A DNA stretch of 64,000 nucleotides from an uncultured Poribacteria bacterium (GTDB lineage: Bacteria > Poribacteria > WGA-4E > WGA-3G). The notes below the pieces were generated by a model. That model worked only from the letters and a program-made list of their open reading frames with translations, was not told where the DNA came from and searched no databases. The stretch spans positions 2,272,001-2,336,000 of the forward strand of contig CATQHZ020000001.1 in NCBI GenBank assembly GCA_958296135.2, read 5' to 3'. A program made the translations under genes and the position numbers. This document shows, in pieces, positions 7,985-17,177 of this stretch (its first letter is position 1; each line of letters starts with the position of its first letter).

Positions 7985-10900
7985 ATGGAAACACATTCTC
8001 AACGGATAACATATCTCAAAAACCGACTGAAGGAACGCATCCTTGTGCTTGACGGCGCGATGGGCTCGCTGCTGCAGACGTATCGGCTCGCCGAGGCAGA
8101 TTTTCGCGGAGACCGGTTCGCTGAGCATCCGAGTGAACTCAAAGGCTACAATGATTTACTCTCTCTCACGCAGCCGCACATCGTGCGCGAAATTCACAGC
8201 GGCTACTGCCAAGCCGGCTCGGACATCATCTCTACGAATACCTTCACAAGCACCGCTGTCTCTATGGCAGATTACCAATTGCAGGAGCTCGCGTATCAGG
8301 TTAATTCTGCCGCCGCGCGTATCGCACGTGAAGTCGCGGATAAGTGGACATCGCCGGAAAAACCGCGCTTCGTCGCGGGAAGCATGGGGCCCACCAACCG
8401 CAGCTGCTCCATCTCGCCGAATGTGAACGACCCGGGGTATCGGAACGTCACCTTCGCGCAACTCGTCGATGCCTACACCACACAGGCGGAGGGACTCATC
8501 GATGGCGGCGCAGATTTGTTGCTCATAGAGACTGTGATGGATACGCTCAATTGTAAAGCCGCGCTCTACGCAATTCAGACACTCGCTGAAACGCAAGGGA
8601 TTGACATCCCTATCATCGTCTCTTCGGATAGAAGCGGCGGCGGGGGTAGGAATCTGTCTGGACAAACGGTGGAAGCGTTTTGGAATTCAATCCGACACAC
8701 GCGTCGCGACCGGGAGGGCGCGCCTACCGAGGGCGCTGCAAACCTCCTCGCTGTCGGCCTAAACTGTGGGTTCGGTGCGGCGCAGATTCGGCCGTATCTT
8801 GCCGAAATGGCAAGACTTGCAGACATCCCGGTAATCTGCTATCCGAACGCCGGCCTGCCGAATGAACTCGGGCACTATACGCAAACGCCGGCCGAAATGG
8901 GGGAGGCACTCCACGATTTCGCGCAAAACGGATTCCTCAATATCGTCGGCGGGTGTTGCGGGACGCAGCCGGCGCATATCGCAGCTATCGTCAAAATTGC
9001 CGCCGAGCACCCGCCGCGCCAACCGATGCCGCAGCCTCGCGCCTGCAGGCTGAGCGGCCTAGAGGCGTTTAACATCACCCCCGATTCCCTCTTTGTGAAC
9101 GTCGGCGAACGGACAAACGTGACAGGTTCGCGCCGATTTGCAACACTCATCAAAAAAGGCAATTACGAAAAGGCACTGGAAGTTGCACGGGACCAGGTTG
9201 AAAACGGCGCGCAACTCATCGACATTAACATGGACGCGGGCATGTTAGATGCGAAGGCGGCGATGGTGAAGTTCCTCAACCTCATCGCCGCGGAACCGGA
9301 TATTAGCCGCGTGCCTATCATGCTTGATTCCAGTCGGTGGGAGGTACTCGAGGCGGGGCTCGCGTGCATTCAGGGGAAAGGCGTTGTCAACTCCATCAGT
9401 TTAAAGGAAGGCGAAGCCGATTTCTTGGAGAAAGCACGCCAGATTCGCCGATACGGTGCCGCTGTCATCGTCATGGCATTTGACGAAGAAGGACAAGCCG
9501 AAACTTATGAACGGAAGGTGACACTCTGCCAAAGGGCGTATCAACTTTTGACAGAAACGGTTGGGTTTCCACCGGAGGACATCATCTTCGATGCGAACAT
9601 CTTCGCCGTCGCCACCGGGATTGAAGCACACAACGACTACGCGAAGGCGTTTATTGACGCATGCCGCGAGATTAAAGCCACCTGTCCGCACGCACTCGTC
9701 AGCGGGGGCGTGAGCAATATCTCCTTCGCCTTCCGCGGCAACAACACCGTGCGAGAGGCGATGCACGCCGCTTTTCTGTATCATGCCATCGGCGCAGGGA
9801 TGGACATGGGCATCGTTAACGCCGGGCAACTCGCTGTCTACGATGAACTGCCGAAAGCACTCCTGAAGGCAGTCGAGGACGTCCTGCTCAACCGCCGTTC
9901 AGATGCAACCGACCGGCTCGTCTCCCGCGCCGAGACACTGGCTGCCGTAGGCACTGTTTCCAATCGCGCATCGAAACAAAAAGAATGGCGGCAACTCTCT
10001 GTCGAAGAAAGACTCCGGCACGCACTCGTGGAAGGCATCGTGGAATTCATTGTGGCCGACACAGAAGAAGCCCGGCAGAAATACGAACGTCCAATCCATA
10101 TCATCGAAGGCCCTTTGATGGATGGCATGAATCGGGTGGGTGAATTGTTCGGCGCGGGCAAAATGTTCCTGCCGCAAGTCGTTAAAAGCGCACGGGTCAT
10201 GAAAAAGTCCGTGGCGCACCTCATCCCGTTCATCGAGAAAGCCGCCGAGGGCGCGCAGGCCAAACGCCCCAAAATCGTCATGGCGACTGTCAAAGGCGAC
10301 GTGCATGACATCGGCAAAAATATCGTCGGTGTCGTGCTTGGATGCAATAACTACGATGTGCTCGACCTGGGTGTGATGGTGCCGGCGGAGGAGATTCTGG
10401 AAACGGCGCGGAAAGAGAACGCCGACATGATTGGGCTCAGCGGCCTGATTACGCCATCGTTAGACGAAATGGTGCATGTTGCATCCGAGATGGAGCGGCA
10501 AGGATTCCGCATCCCGCTACTCATCGGCGGCGCGACTACCTCAAAGGTGCATACCGCAGCCCAAATTGAACCTGTTTATCAAGGCGCGACAGTGCATGTC
10601 AAAGATGCTTCGCGGAGTGTGGGAGTGGTAAGCAAACTGCTGAGCCGGGACAAACAAGCTCAGTTCATAGCCGAGACGCACGCCGAATATGAAAAGATTC
10701 GGGAACGCCACGCCAAAAATCGGCAACAGACGAATCTGCTCGCCTTCTCGGTAGCGCAACAACGGAAATTTACACCGGATTGGAAGAATTATCAACCGCC
10801 GGCGCCGGAACTTAAGGGCCCCAAACGCTTTAATGATTATCCGTTGGAGGAATTGGTTGACTATATTGACTGGACCCCCTTCTTCGCAACGTGGGGGCTC

Positions 10901-11752
10901 CGCGGCAAATTCCCCAATCTGATGCGTCACCCAAATATCGGCGAGGAGGCGAACAAACTCTTTAAAGATGCAAACGCACTGCTCGCGCGCATCATTGAAG
11001 AAAAGCGGTTGCGTGCAAACGCTGTCGTCGGAATCTTCCTCGCTAACACCGTCGGGGAAGATACCCACATCTATGTACCGAAGTCTAGTCAACCGCGAAG
11101 GACTGCTCCTTCACTCTTCCTAAAACCCGTAAGGCAGAGAACAGTGACACTTCATCACCTGCGCCAACAGACAGAGCAACCGTTCGGCAGACCGAATCTG
11201 AGTCTCGCCGATTTCATCGCACCCAAGAAAACCGGGGTCGACGATTATATCGGGGCGTTTGCCGTGACGACCGGCATTGGCGTGGCAGAACTCTGCGCCG
11301 AATTCGAGAGACAGCACGACGATTACAACAGCATCATGACAAAAGCGTTGGCTGACCGGCTCGCTGAGGCGTTCGCGGAACGAATGCATCAACGCGTCCG
11401 CACAGAACTCTGGGGATACGCGGCAGACGAAAAGTTTGACGCAGACGCGCTCATCGCCGAAAAATACAGCGGCATCCGGCCCGCGCCGGGCTACCCGGCT
11501 TGTCCTGAGCATACCGCAAAACGGACGATATTCGATATCCTGAACGTCGAAGCAAACACCAGCATCACGTTAACCGAGAATCTCGCAATGGCCCCGGCGG
11601 CATCTGTCTGTGGATGGTATTATTCGCACCCAGAATCACGGTATTTCAGCATCGGCAGAATCGGGGAAGACCAGGTGGCAGACTACGCGGAAAGAAGCGG
11701 CATCGATATGGAGACTGCGCGCCGCAGACTGAAACCGCTGCTGCACCCGTAG
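7985..11752 (+). CDS. metH: Cobalamin-dependent methionine synthase
   Basis: [32 protein letters not shown] (B12-binding) and [12 protein letters not shown] motifs; 1255 aa. Confidence 0.97.
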   Translation: METHSQRITYLKNRLKERILVLDGAMGSLLQTYRLAEADFRGDRFAEHPSELKGYNDLLSLTQPHIVREIHSGYCQAGSDIISTNTFTSTAVSMADYQLQELAYQVNSAAARIAREVADKWTSPEKPRFVAGSMGPTNRSCSISPNVNDPGYRNVTFAQLVDAYTTQAEGLIDGGADLLLIETVMDTLNCKAALYAIQTLAETQGIDIPIIVSSDRSGGGGRNLSGQTVEAFWNSIRHTRRDREGAPTEGAANLLAVGLNCGFGAAQIRPYLAEMARLADIPVICYPNAGLPNELGHYTQTPAEMGEALHDFAQNGFLNIVGGCCGTQPAHIAAIVKIAAEHPPRQPMPQPRACRLSGLEAFNITPDSLFVNVGERTNVTGSRRFATLIKKGNYEKALEVARDQVENGAQLIDINMDAGMLDAKAAMVKFLNLIAAEPDISRVPIMLDSSRWEVLEAGLACIQGKGVVNSISLKEGEADFLEKARQIRRYGAAVIVMAFDEEGQAETYERKVTLCQRAYQLLTETVGFPPEDIIFDANIFAVATGIEAHNDYAKAFIDACREIKATCPHALVSGGVSNISFAFRGNNTVREAMHAAFLYHAIGAGMDMGIVNAGQLAVYDELPKALLKAVEDVLLNRRSDATDRLVSRAETLAAVGTVSNRASKQKEWRQLSVEERLRHALVEGIVEFIVADTEEARQKYERPIHIIEGPLMDGMNRVGELFGAGKMFLPQVVKSARVMKKSVAHLIPFIEKAAEGAQAKRPKIVMATVKGDVHDIGKNIVGVVLGCNNYDVLDLGVMVPAEEILETARKENADMIGLSGLITPSLDEMVHVASEMERQGFRIPLLIGGATTSKVHTAAQIEPVYQGATVHVKDASRSVGVVSKLLSRDKQAQFIAETHAEYEKIRERHAKNRQQTNLLAFSVAQQRKFTPDWKNYQPPAPELKGPKRFNDYPLEELVDYIDWTPFFATWGLRGKFPNLMRHPNIGEEANKLFKDANALLARIIEEKRLRANAVVGIFLANTVGEDTHIYVPKSSQPRRTAPSLFLKPVRQRTVTLHHLRQQTEQPFGRPNLSLADFIAPKKTGVDDYIGAFAVTTGIGVAELCAEFERQHDDYNSIMTKALADRLAEAFAERMHQRVRTELWGYAADEKFDADALIAEKYSGIRPAPGYPACPEHTAKRTIFDILNVEANTSITLTENLAMAPAASVCGWYYSHPESRYFSIGRIGEDQVADYAERSGIDMETARRRLKPLLHP

Positions 11753-11797
11753 GACAATGGCCTGGCCCTCGCGGGCTCTCAAACTTATGCCGCACCC

Positions 11798-11929
11798 GTA
11801 GCGCGAGGGCCGTCACGGTCACGCCTACAGAAAATGTGCGTGTGTCGCACCGCGTAAACACGCTACCTTACTTACTTTAACTTTGTCATCTCTGCAGCCT
11901 CGCTGCAGAGATGTCCACTGTCCCTCGCG
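11798..11929 (+). mobile_element. REP palindrome interrupted by a 107-bp mini-element (11812-11918)
   Basis: GTAGCGCGAGGGCC | GTCACG...GCAGAGATGTCCAC | TGTCCCTCGCG; uninterrupted REP at 61145-61169. Confidence 0.6.
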
Positions 11930-11958
11930 GTCTCTCAAACTTACAAACAAGGAAAAAC

Positions 11959-12846
11959 ATGCAAACATCTCACAAATATCTCGATCCGGTCGCGTTGACA
12001 CGCATCGGCGGAATGGAGCTCGTCGCGCGCCTCGTCGTGGAAGGATTCGTCACCGGGCTCCACAAAAGTCCCTATCAGGGGTTTAGCGTCGAATTCGCCG
12101 AGCATCGGCAATACATGCCCGGCGACGAAATCCGCTACATCGACTGGAAGGTTTACGGAAAATCCGACCGGTATTACATTAAAAAATTTGAGGAAGAGAC
12201 GAACCTGCGCGCGTATATCCTCCTCGACACGAGCGCGTCAATGGCATACAAATACAATGACGAAACGCTCACCAAGTTTGAATACGGCTGTTATCTCGCC
12301 GCGTCCTTGACGTATCTCATGCTGAAGCAGCGCGATTCTGTCGGCTTAGCACTCTTCAACACCGACATCGCCGAATACATCCCGCCGAGGGGTGCGGCGA
12401 CGCATCTCCGCGCTATCATGTCTGCCTTAGAGAACGCACAACCCGGCAAGGAGACCGGGCTGAGCCGGCTCTTCCACGAACTCGCGAAGCGGATTGTGCG
12501 GCGCGGGCTCGTCATCGTCATTTCGGATTTGCTCGACGAACCTACCCAGGTTATCTCCGCGTTGAAACACCTCCGGCATCAAAAGCACGAGGTCATCGTG
12601 TTTCATCTGTTGGATGCAGCAGAGTTGACTTTTCCTTACGAGGGTTCCGTCGTCTTTCGGGACATGGAGACGGGCCAGACGCTGTCAACGCAGGCGGATA
12701 CGTTGAAGGCGGCCTATCTTGAGAAACTCAACGAATTTATCCAGAGTTATCGCCGGGGGTGCGGCGGCAGCCAAATCGATTATGTGCAGATGGACACGTC
12801 CACGCCGTTTGATTACGCGCTGTCTGCGTATCTCTCGCGGCGGTAG
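11959..12846 (+). CDS. DUF58 domain (vWA-like, MoxR-associated family) protein
   Basis: GLHKSPYQGFSVEFAEHRQYMPGDEIRYIDWKVY, LLDTSASM, VISDL; RBS AAGGA before ATG 11959. Confidence 0.9.
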   Translation: MQTSHKYLDPVALTRIGGMELVARLVVEGFVTGLHKSPYQGFSVEFAEHRQYMPGDEIRYIDWKVYGKSDRYYIKKFEEETNLRAYILLDTSASMAYKYNDETLTKFEYGCYLAASLTYLMLKQRDSVGLALFNTDIAEYIPPRGAATHLRAIMSALENAQPGKETGLSRLFHELAKRIVRRGLVIVISDLLDEPTQVISALKHLRHQKHEVIVFHLLDAAELTFPYEGSVVFRDMETGQTLSTQADTLKAAYLEKLNEFIQSYRRGCGGSQIDYVQMDTSTPFDYALSAYLSRR

Positions 12847-12866
12847 GAGCCACACAGGAGAAACCC

Positions 12867-14021
12867 ATGAAAACCTATCGGATTGCAATTTTAGGATGTA
12901 GGGGCCGCGGGACAGCAGCAGCGCGTGCATATCACGCGCATCCACGCACACAACTTGTCGGCATCTGTGATCTGGTTGAAGAACGCCGCGATACCTTGGG
13001 CGACGAAGTCAACGTCACCGCGCGGTTCGCCGATGTCGATGAGATGATTCAGGAGACTGCCCCGGACATCGTCGCGATTCCGACCGGGACAGAGTTCCAT
13101 TACGATTTGTGCATGCGTGTGCTGGAACACGGTGTCCACATTGAAGTGGAAAAACCGATGTGCATCGATTTAGTGCAAGCGGATGCCGTTATCGCCAAGG
13201 CAGCGGCGAAAGGCGGGCAGGTAGCAGTGCATCATCAAGGCAGAGTCGGCGCGTCGATGCAGGCGATTGCGCGCGCTTTTCATGCCGGCAAAATCGGCGA
13301 CTTGCGCTATATTTACGGCAGCGGCAAAGGCTACTACGGCGGGTATGGCCTGATGAACATCGGCACACATACCCTCAACAACATGTTGCATTTCGGCGAG
13401 CAGTGCCGCAGCGTCATCGCGCACCTCACGACAGACGGCAAGTCTATCACGCCTGAAGACGTTGTGCCATCTCCGAGCGGCATGGGCACCATCGCCGGCG
13501 AATACATCACCGCAACGATGCAGTTTACGGACAATGTGACTGGCACGCTGCTGCAGCATCGGTTCAACAAGATGGACACCGGCGCGTATGCTATGGAACT
13601 TTATGGCACGGAAGGGCGGCTGTTTTGGAAAAGCGGCGGCGCGTGGTGGCTGCCGCATCCCCGCTATATCCCCGATGGAACACATGACCGGTGGGAAGCG
13701 TTGGAGCTTATCTATCCCGAGCACTACGATGCGAAAAATCCCGGTTCCGAAGCCGATTACTGGTTCGTGGAGGAATATGTCAACGCCCTGGATGCAGGAC
13801 GCGAACACGTGTGCAGCGGTAAGGAGGCACGCCACATCATTGAGATAATGATGGGCATCTTTGAATCTGCCGCTTACGGCGAACGCGTGCAGTTGCCGCA
13901 GGCAGACCGGCGGCACCCCCTCCGCCGCTGGCGCGAGGAAGCAGGATTAGAACCGCCAGCAGAGATGCCGCGGGGATATTGGGAGTGGCTGGCATTGGAA
14001 TCCGAACGGCTAGCGCAATAA
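12867..14021 (+). CDS. Gfo/Idh/MocA family oxidoreductase
   Basis: IAILGCRGRG Rossmann motif, EKPM, GLMNIGTH. Confidence 0.88.
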   Translation: MKTYRIAILGCRGRGTAAARAYHAHPRTQLVGICDLVEERRDTLGDEVNVTARFADVDEMIQETAPDIVAIPTGTEFHYDLCMRVLEHGVHIEVEKPMCIDLVQADAVIAKAAAKGGQVAVHHQGRVGASMQAIARAFHAGKIGDLRYIYGSGKGYYGGYGLMNIGTHTLNNMLHFGEQCRSVIAHLTTDGKSITPEDVVPSPSGMGTIAGEYITATMQFTDNVTGTLLQHRFNKMDTGAYAMELYGTEGRLFWKSGGAWWLPHPRYIPDGTHDRWEALELIYPEHYDAKNPGSEADYWFVEEYVNALDAGREHVCSGKEARHIIEIMMGIFESAAYGERVQLPQADRRHPLRRWREEAGLEPPAEMPRGYWEWLALESERLAQ

Positions 14022-14024
14022 ATA

Positions 14025-14049
14025 AGGCGGGGTTATAAGCCCCGCCTAC
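14025..14049. terminator. GC-rich hairpin (REP-like) between convergent genes; possible bidirectional terminator
   Basis: AGGCGGGG-TTATAAG-CCCCGCCT; reads GTAGGCGGGG.. on the minus strand. Confidence 0.45.
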
Positions 14050-15022
14050 GAGAAGGGCCTTCCGCATAAATCTGCTCGATGACAGCGTTCGTCTTTAATC
14101 CCTCTTCGCCTGAGCAACGAATCGCCGCACCCGTCTTGAGATGCACGACAAAATCCTCCACGAGGCCGGTGTGCGTGTAACGCAGCGGCGATTGATGCAT
14201 CTCAAACAGTTTGCCCGACTTCTCAAGCGTCAGATTACCGCTATTCAGCGGTGAACAGCGGAGGCATCCCTCCGTGCCGTAGATCTCAACAGCGTCTTCC
14301 GAGGTACCGACATTCCAGTTGATGTTTGCGACAGCGTGCGCGCCACTTGCAAAACGGAGCGTAAAGACAGCGGAATCATCCACATCAACGTCCAAGTAGA
14401 CAGGTTCGGCATGTCCGCGCGCGGAGACAACATCGCCCATCAGATACTGAAGCAGTGAGATGCGGTGGCTGCCGATATCCATGAGGACTCCGCCGCCGCT
14501 GATTGCCGGGTTCACGCGCCAATTGGCGAAATCGTGCCGATTGGGGTCGAAGAACCCGGTGCAGCTGACGCGAGCGAGGACTGCGTCGCCGATAGTTCCC
14601 TCTTCAATTAACGCTTTCATCTTCATGACGTTCGGATAGAAATTGCGGTAATAGGCAATCATCAAGGTGACACCGGCTTGCCAACAAGCTGTCACCATGT
14701 GCTGACATTCTTCAACGTTCATCGCCATCGGTTTCTCGCAGAGCACATGCTTGCCAGCTTGCGCCGCGCGGAGGGTATGTTCACAGTGCAGATGCGGCGG
14801 CGTAGCGATGTAAACGGCGTTGAGTTCATCGTCAGCGAGGAGTGCGTCTACGTCGGCGTAGGCCCATTTCGCGCCGTGTCTGGCGGCGAACGCCTCGGAT
14901 TTGCCGCGGTCGCGCCGCATCACGGCGATGAGTTCGGAATCATGCACGGTATAGAGCGGCGGGCCACCTTTATGCTCGGCGACATCGCCGCATCCGATTA
15001 TTCCCCATCTGAGGTATGCCAT
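14033..15022 (-). CDS. Gfo/Idh/MocA family oxidoreductase
   Basis: WGIIGCG, AVYIATPP..H, GKHVLCEKPMA, GGGVLMDIGSH. Confidence 0.92.
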   Translation of the reverse strand: MAYLRWGIIGCGDVAEHKGGPPLYTVHDSELIAVMRRDRGKSEAFAARHGAKWAYADVDALLADDELNAVYIATPPHLHCEHTLRAAQAGKHVLCEKPMAMNVEECQHMVTACWQAGVTLMIAYYRNFYPNVMKMKALIEEGTIGDAVLARVSCTGFFDPNRHDFANWRVNPAISGGGVLMDIGSHRISLLQYLMGDVVSARGHAEPVYLDVDVDDSAVFTLRFASGAHAVANINWNVGTSEDAVEIYGTEGCLRCSPLNSGNLTLEKSGKLFEMHQSPLRYTHTGLVEDFVVHLKTGAAIRCSGEEGLKTNAVIEQIYAEGPSRRRGL

Positions 15023-15069
15023 TAAAGGGGTTGCTCCTTTTTTTCGATTTTGGGTTTTATTAAGACAGT

Positions 15070-15234
15070 CTAAACTGAAAGGTAAGTTTTGCCGGTGTTG
15101 CTCTCCCCGACAAACACCGTCAGCGGACGCAAATCGATGTCCGCCTTCGCTACCGGCCCAAAATTCTGGACAGCAATTTGGACATTTGGGGGTTTCGGGC
15201 GAACCGTGCCGCCAGCGTCTTTGGTGTTTCGCAT
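15070..15234 (-). pseudogene. Truncated 5' duplicate of the ABC/AAA ATPase gene at 15852-17081
   Basis: MRNTKD..VRPKPP.VQIAVQNFGPVAKADI.LRPLTVFVGESNTGKTYL followed by a stop; near-identical to about 16930-17095. Confidence 0.8.
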
Positions 15235-15292
15235 GATGATTTTTCCCGTATTCATCTCAATTCCACACTGGGCTGAGACTGGAAAACCTTGA

Positions 15293-15865
15293 TTAGTCGG
15301 AAATTCTATCCAACAAGGTGTCCCTTAGCCGAGAGCGTTCGTCCCGCCAGTCTTGGGAGGGCTGTGCAGCTTTTCCGAACAGAGCATCCGCTAAACTCCG
15401 CTCCTCACTGCATCGCGCTGTTCTAACCTTGAAAAACAGGTTCCGGAAAGCACCACCGCCCCACTGATTGAGCCTTTTGTACTGTTGAGGATGAATGACA
15501 TTGCCACTGAACAACACCGGGCGACAGATGATTTCAAAATCATTTGTCTCTGGCACTAAATAATCCGCGAGTTTTACACCCCCAAGCAACTGTCGAATTC
15601 CTCTTGATGCTCTAATCTTACCGCTCTTGAGTTCAATCGGAACGATGAAGAGGATATTCTCAGGAGTGCTGATGAAAAAAAGGAGCCGGTCGCATCGCCT
15701 TCCCTCCATTTTACGGAATTCAAACTCATGTTCCACGAGGACTATAACGCGCTCATCGGGGATGTCAGTCATATCCACGGCACATCCTTCACCGCTGCAT
15801 GAGTCCGTCAGGCTATCTTCATCCACTCGTGTTCGGATTTCGGCAAGCACCTCACTCAATTTCAC
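15293..15865 (-). CDS. Hypothetical protein, possible PD-(D/E)XK nuclease-fold partner of the ATPase
   Basis: RRCDRLLF...IVPIELKSG pattern; overlaps the ATPase stop. Confidence 0.6.
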   Translation of the reverse strand: MKLSEVLAEIRTRVDEDSLTDSCSGEGCAVDMTDIPDERVIVLVEHEFEFRKMEGRRCDRLLFFISTPENILFIVPIELKSGKIRASRGIRQLLGGVKLADYLVPETNDFEIICRPVLFSGNVIHPQQYKRLNQWGGGAFRNLFFKVRTARCSEERSLADALFGKAAQPSQDWRDERSRLRDTLLDRISD

Positions 15866-17081
15866 GGCGTTCTCCTGTGATTTCAGCCAGCTGCTCCTGC
15901 AAATCTACCGACCGGTTATAGAGCGTCTCGGAAACGTCTCCGAAATCCCGCGGCTCTATACCGTCAATCCGGTCAAACGGAATTTCCTCCACCGGCTTAT
16001 CACGATGGAACCACCAGGTGCCAACTTCCTCTTTTAGGAGCCCGCTTGCCGATGTTGGTGCACTATCTTTGTGTCGATACACTTCCCCTTGGCGAATTAT
16101 ATTTCCGATTTGTTGGAGGAACCAGTAACTATGCGTCGTCACAATCACGCGGACCCCCACGCGAACCAAACGTGCAAGGGTTAGCGCAACTGCGGCTTGC
16201 GCACCGGGATGCAGGTGCGCTTCGGGTTCTTCGATAATGAGCAAATCACCTGGGCGAACGATACCACGCAGAAACAGCACTAACGGCGCGAGCTCGGATA
16301 CCATGGACGACGATTGGCTCATTCGCAGTGCCCGCGCTGTCTCATCGGGACGGTAGAGGAATTCCGGATATCCCTCTGCCACTGCATGCTTAACCTCTAT
16401 CTTTCCACGTAACACTTCTGTCTCCAGCAAGTTCGCAATGCCGTGCAGTTTGTCCGAACGCCCGTTATCCGTATCGTGGTTACCGACGAGTTGCTGCAGG
16501 AAATCGGTCGAAAACCCATTCGCCTTGACTGTCGCGGCACCCGTCTCGTGTGCCTGCAGCAGCCCGCGGCGGCCCGCTGGCAGGAAATAGGCCCGGCTAC
16601 GTTCGTCAAGTGACGCAGCCACTTTCAATTCCCACTGCGGCGGAAGATTGATAGAGCTCTCTACAGCGATACCAAGTTTGGCGGCGCGCAACCGAAAAGC
16701 GTAGCAAGTTTGACCTGCTTCGGAGCCCTCCAGCGTCACCTTCATTTCCTCGCAGCGAGACTTCGCGGTAAAGCGGATTAACTCCGAGACAGAGTCGATG
16801 TTGAAGCACCGTTTGAGTTCGTCTTCAAACGCCTCCGGATTCCCGAAGTTAGACCGCGCGCCGGCCATGTCTCCATTTTTCAGCGGTAAATGAAAGGTGC
16901 GGTGCAGTGCATAAATCAGCGCAGCGAGATAGGTTTTGCCGGTGTTGCTCTCCCCGACAAACACCGTCAGCGGACGCAACTCAATGTCCGCCTTCGCTAC
17001 CGGCCCAAAATTCTGGACAGCAATTTGGACATCTGGAGGTTTTGGGCGAACCGCGTCGCCCATGTCTTTGGTGTTTCGCAT
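15852..17081 (-). CDS. ABC-type/AAA_21 (AbiEii-like) ATPase
   Basis: QNFGPV, Walker A GESNTGKT, signature SQSSSMV, Walker B IIEEPEAHLHP, H-loop VTTHS. Confidence 0.88.
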   Translation of the reverse strand: MRNTKDMGDAVRPKPPDVQIAVQNFGPVAKADIELRPLTVFVGESNTGKTYLAALIYALHRTFHLPLKNGDMAGARSNFGNPEAFEDELKRCFNIDSVSELIRFTAKSRCEEMKVTLEGSEAGQTCYAFRLRAAKLGIAVESSINLPPQWELKVAASLDERSRAYFLPAGRRGLLQAHETGAATVKANGFSTDFLQQLVGNHDTDNGRSDKLHGIANLLETEVLRGKIEVKHAVAEGYPEFLYRPDETARALRMSQSSSMVSELAPLVLFLRGIVRPGDLLIIEEPEAHLHPGAQAAVALTLARLVRVGVRVIVTTHSYWFLQQIGNIIRQGEVYRHKDSAPTSASGLLKEEVGTWWFHRDKPVEEIPFDRIDGIEPRDFGDVSETLYNRSVDLQEQLAEITGERREIE

Positions 17082-17131
17082 GATGATTTTCCCGATTCGT
17101 CAGGAGACTGCTTCCTATGTGATATGAGCAT

Positions 17132-17160
17132 ATTCTACCACATATTGCAATGGATTTCAA
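17132..17160 (-). promoter_or_regulatory. Putative sigma70 promoter for the ATPase pair
   Basis: TTGAAA-17 bp-TAGAAT with extended TG. Confidence 0.5.
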
Positions 17161-17177
17161 GAGAAAACGGTAAAGAA

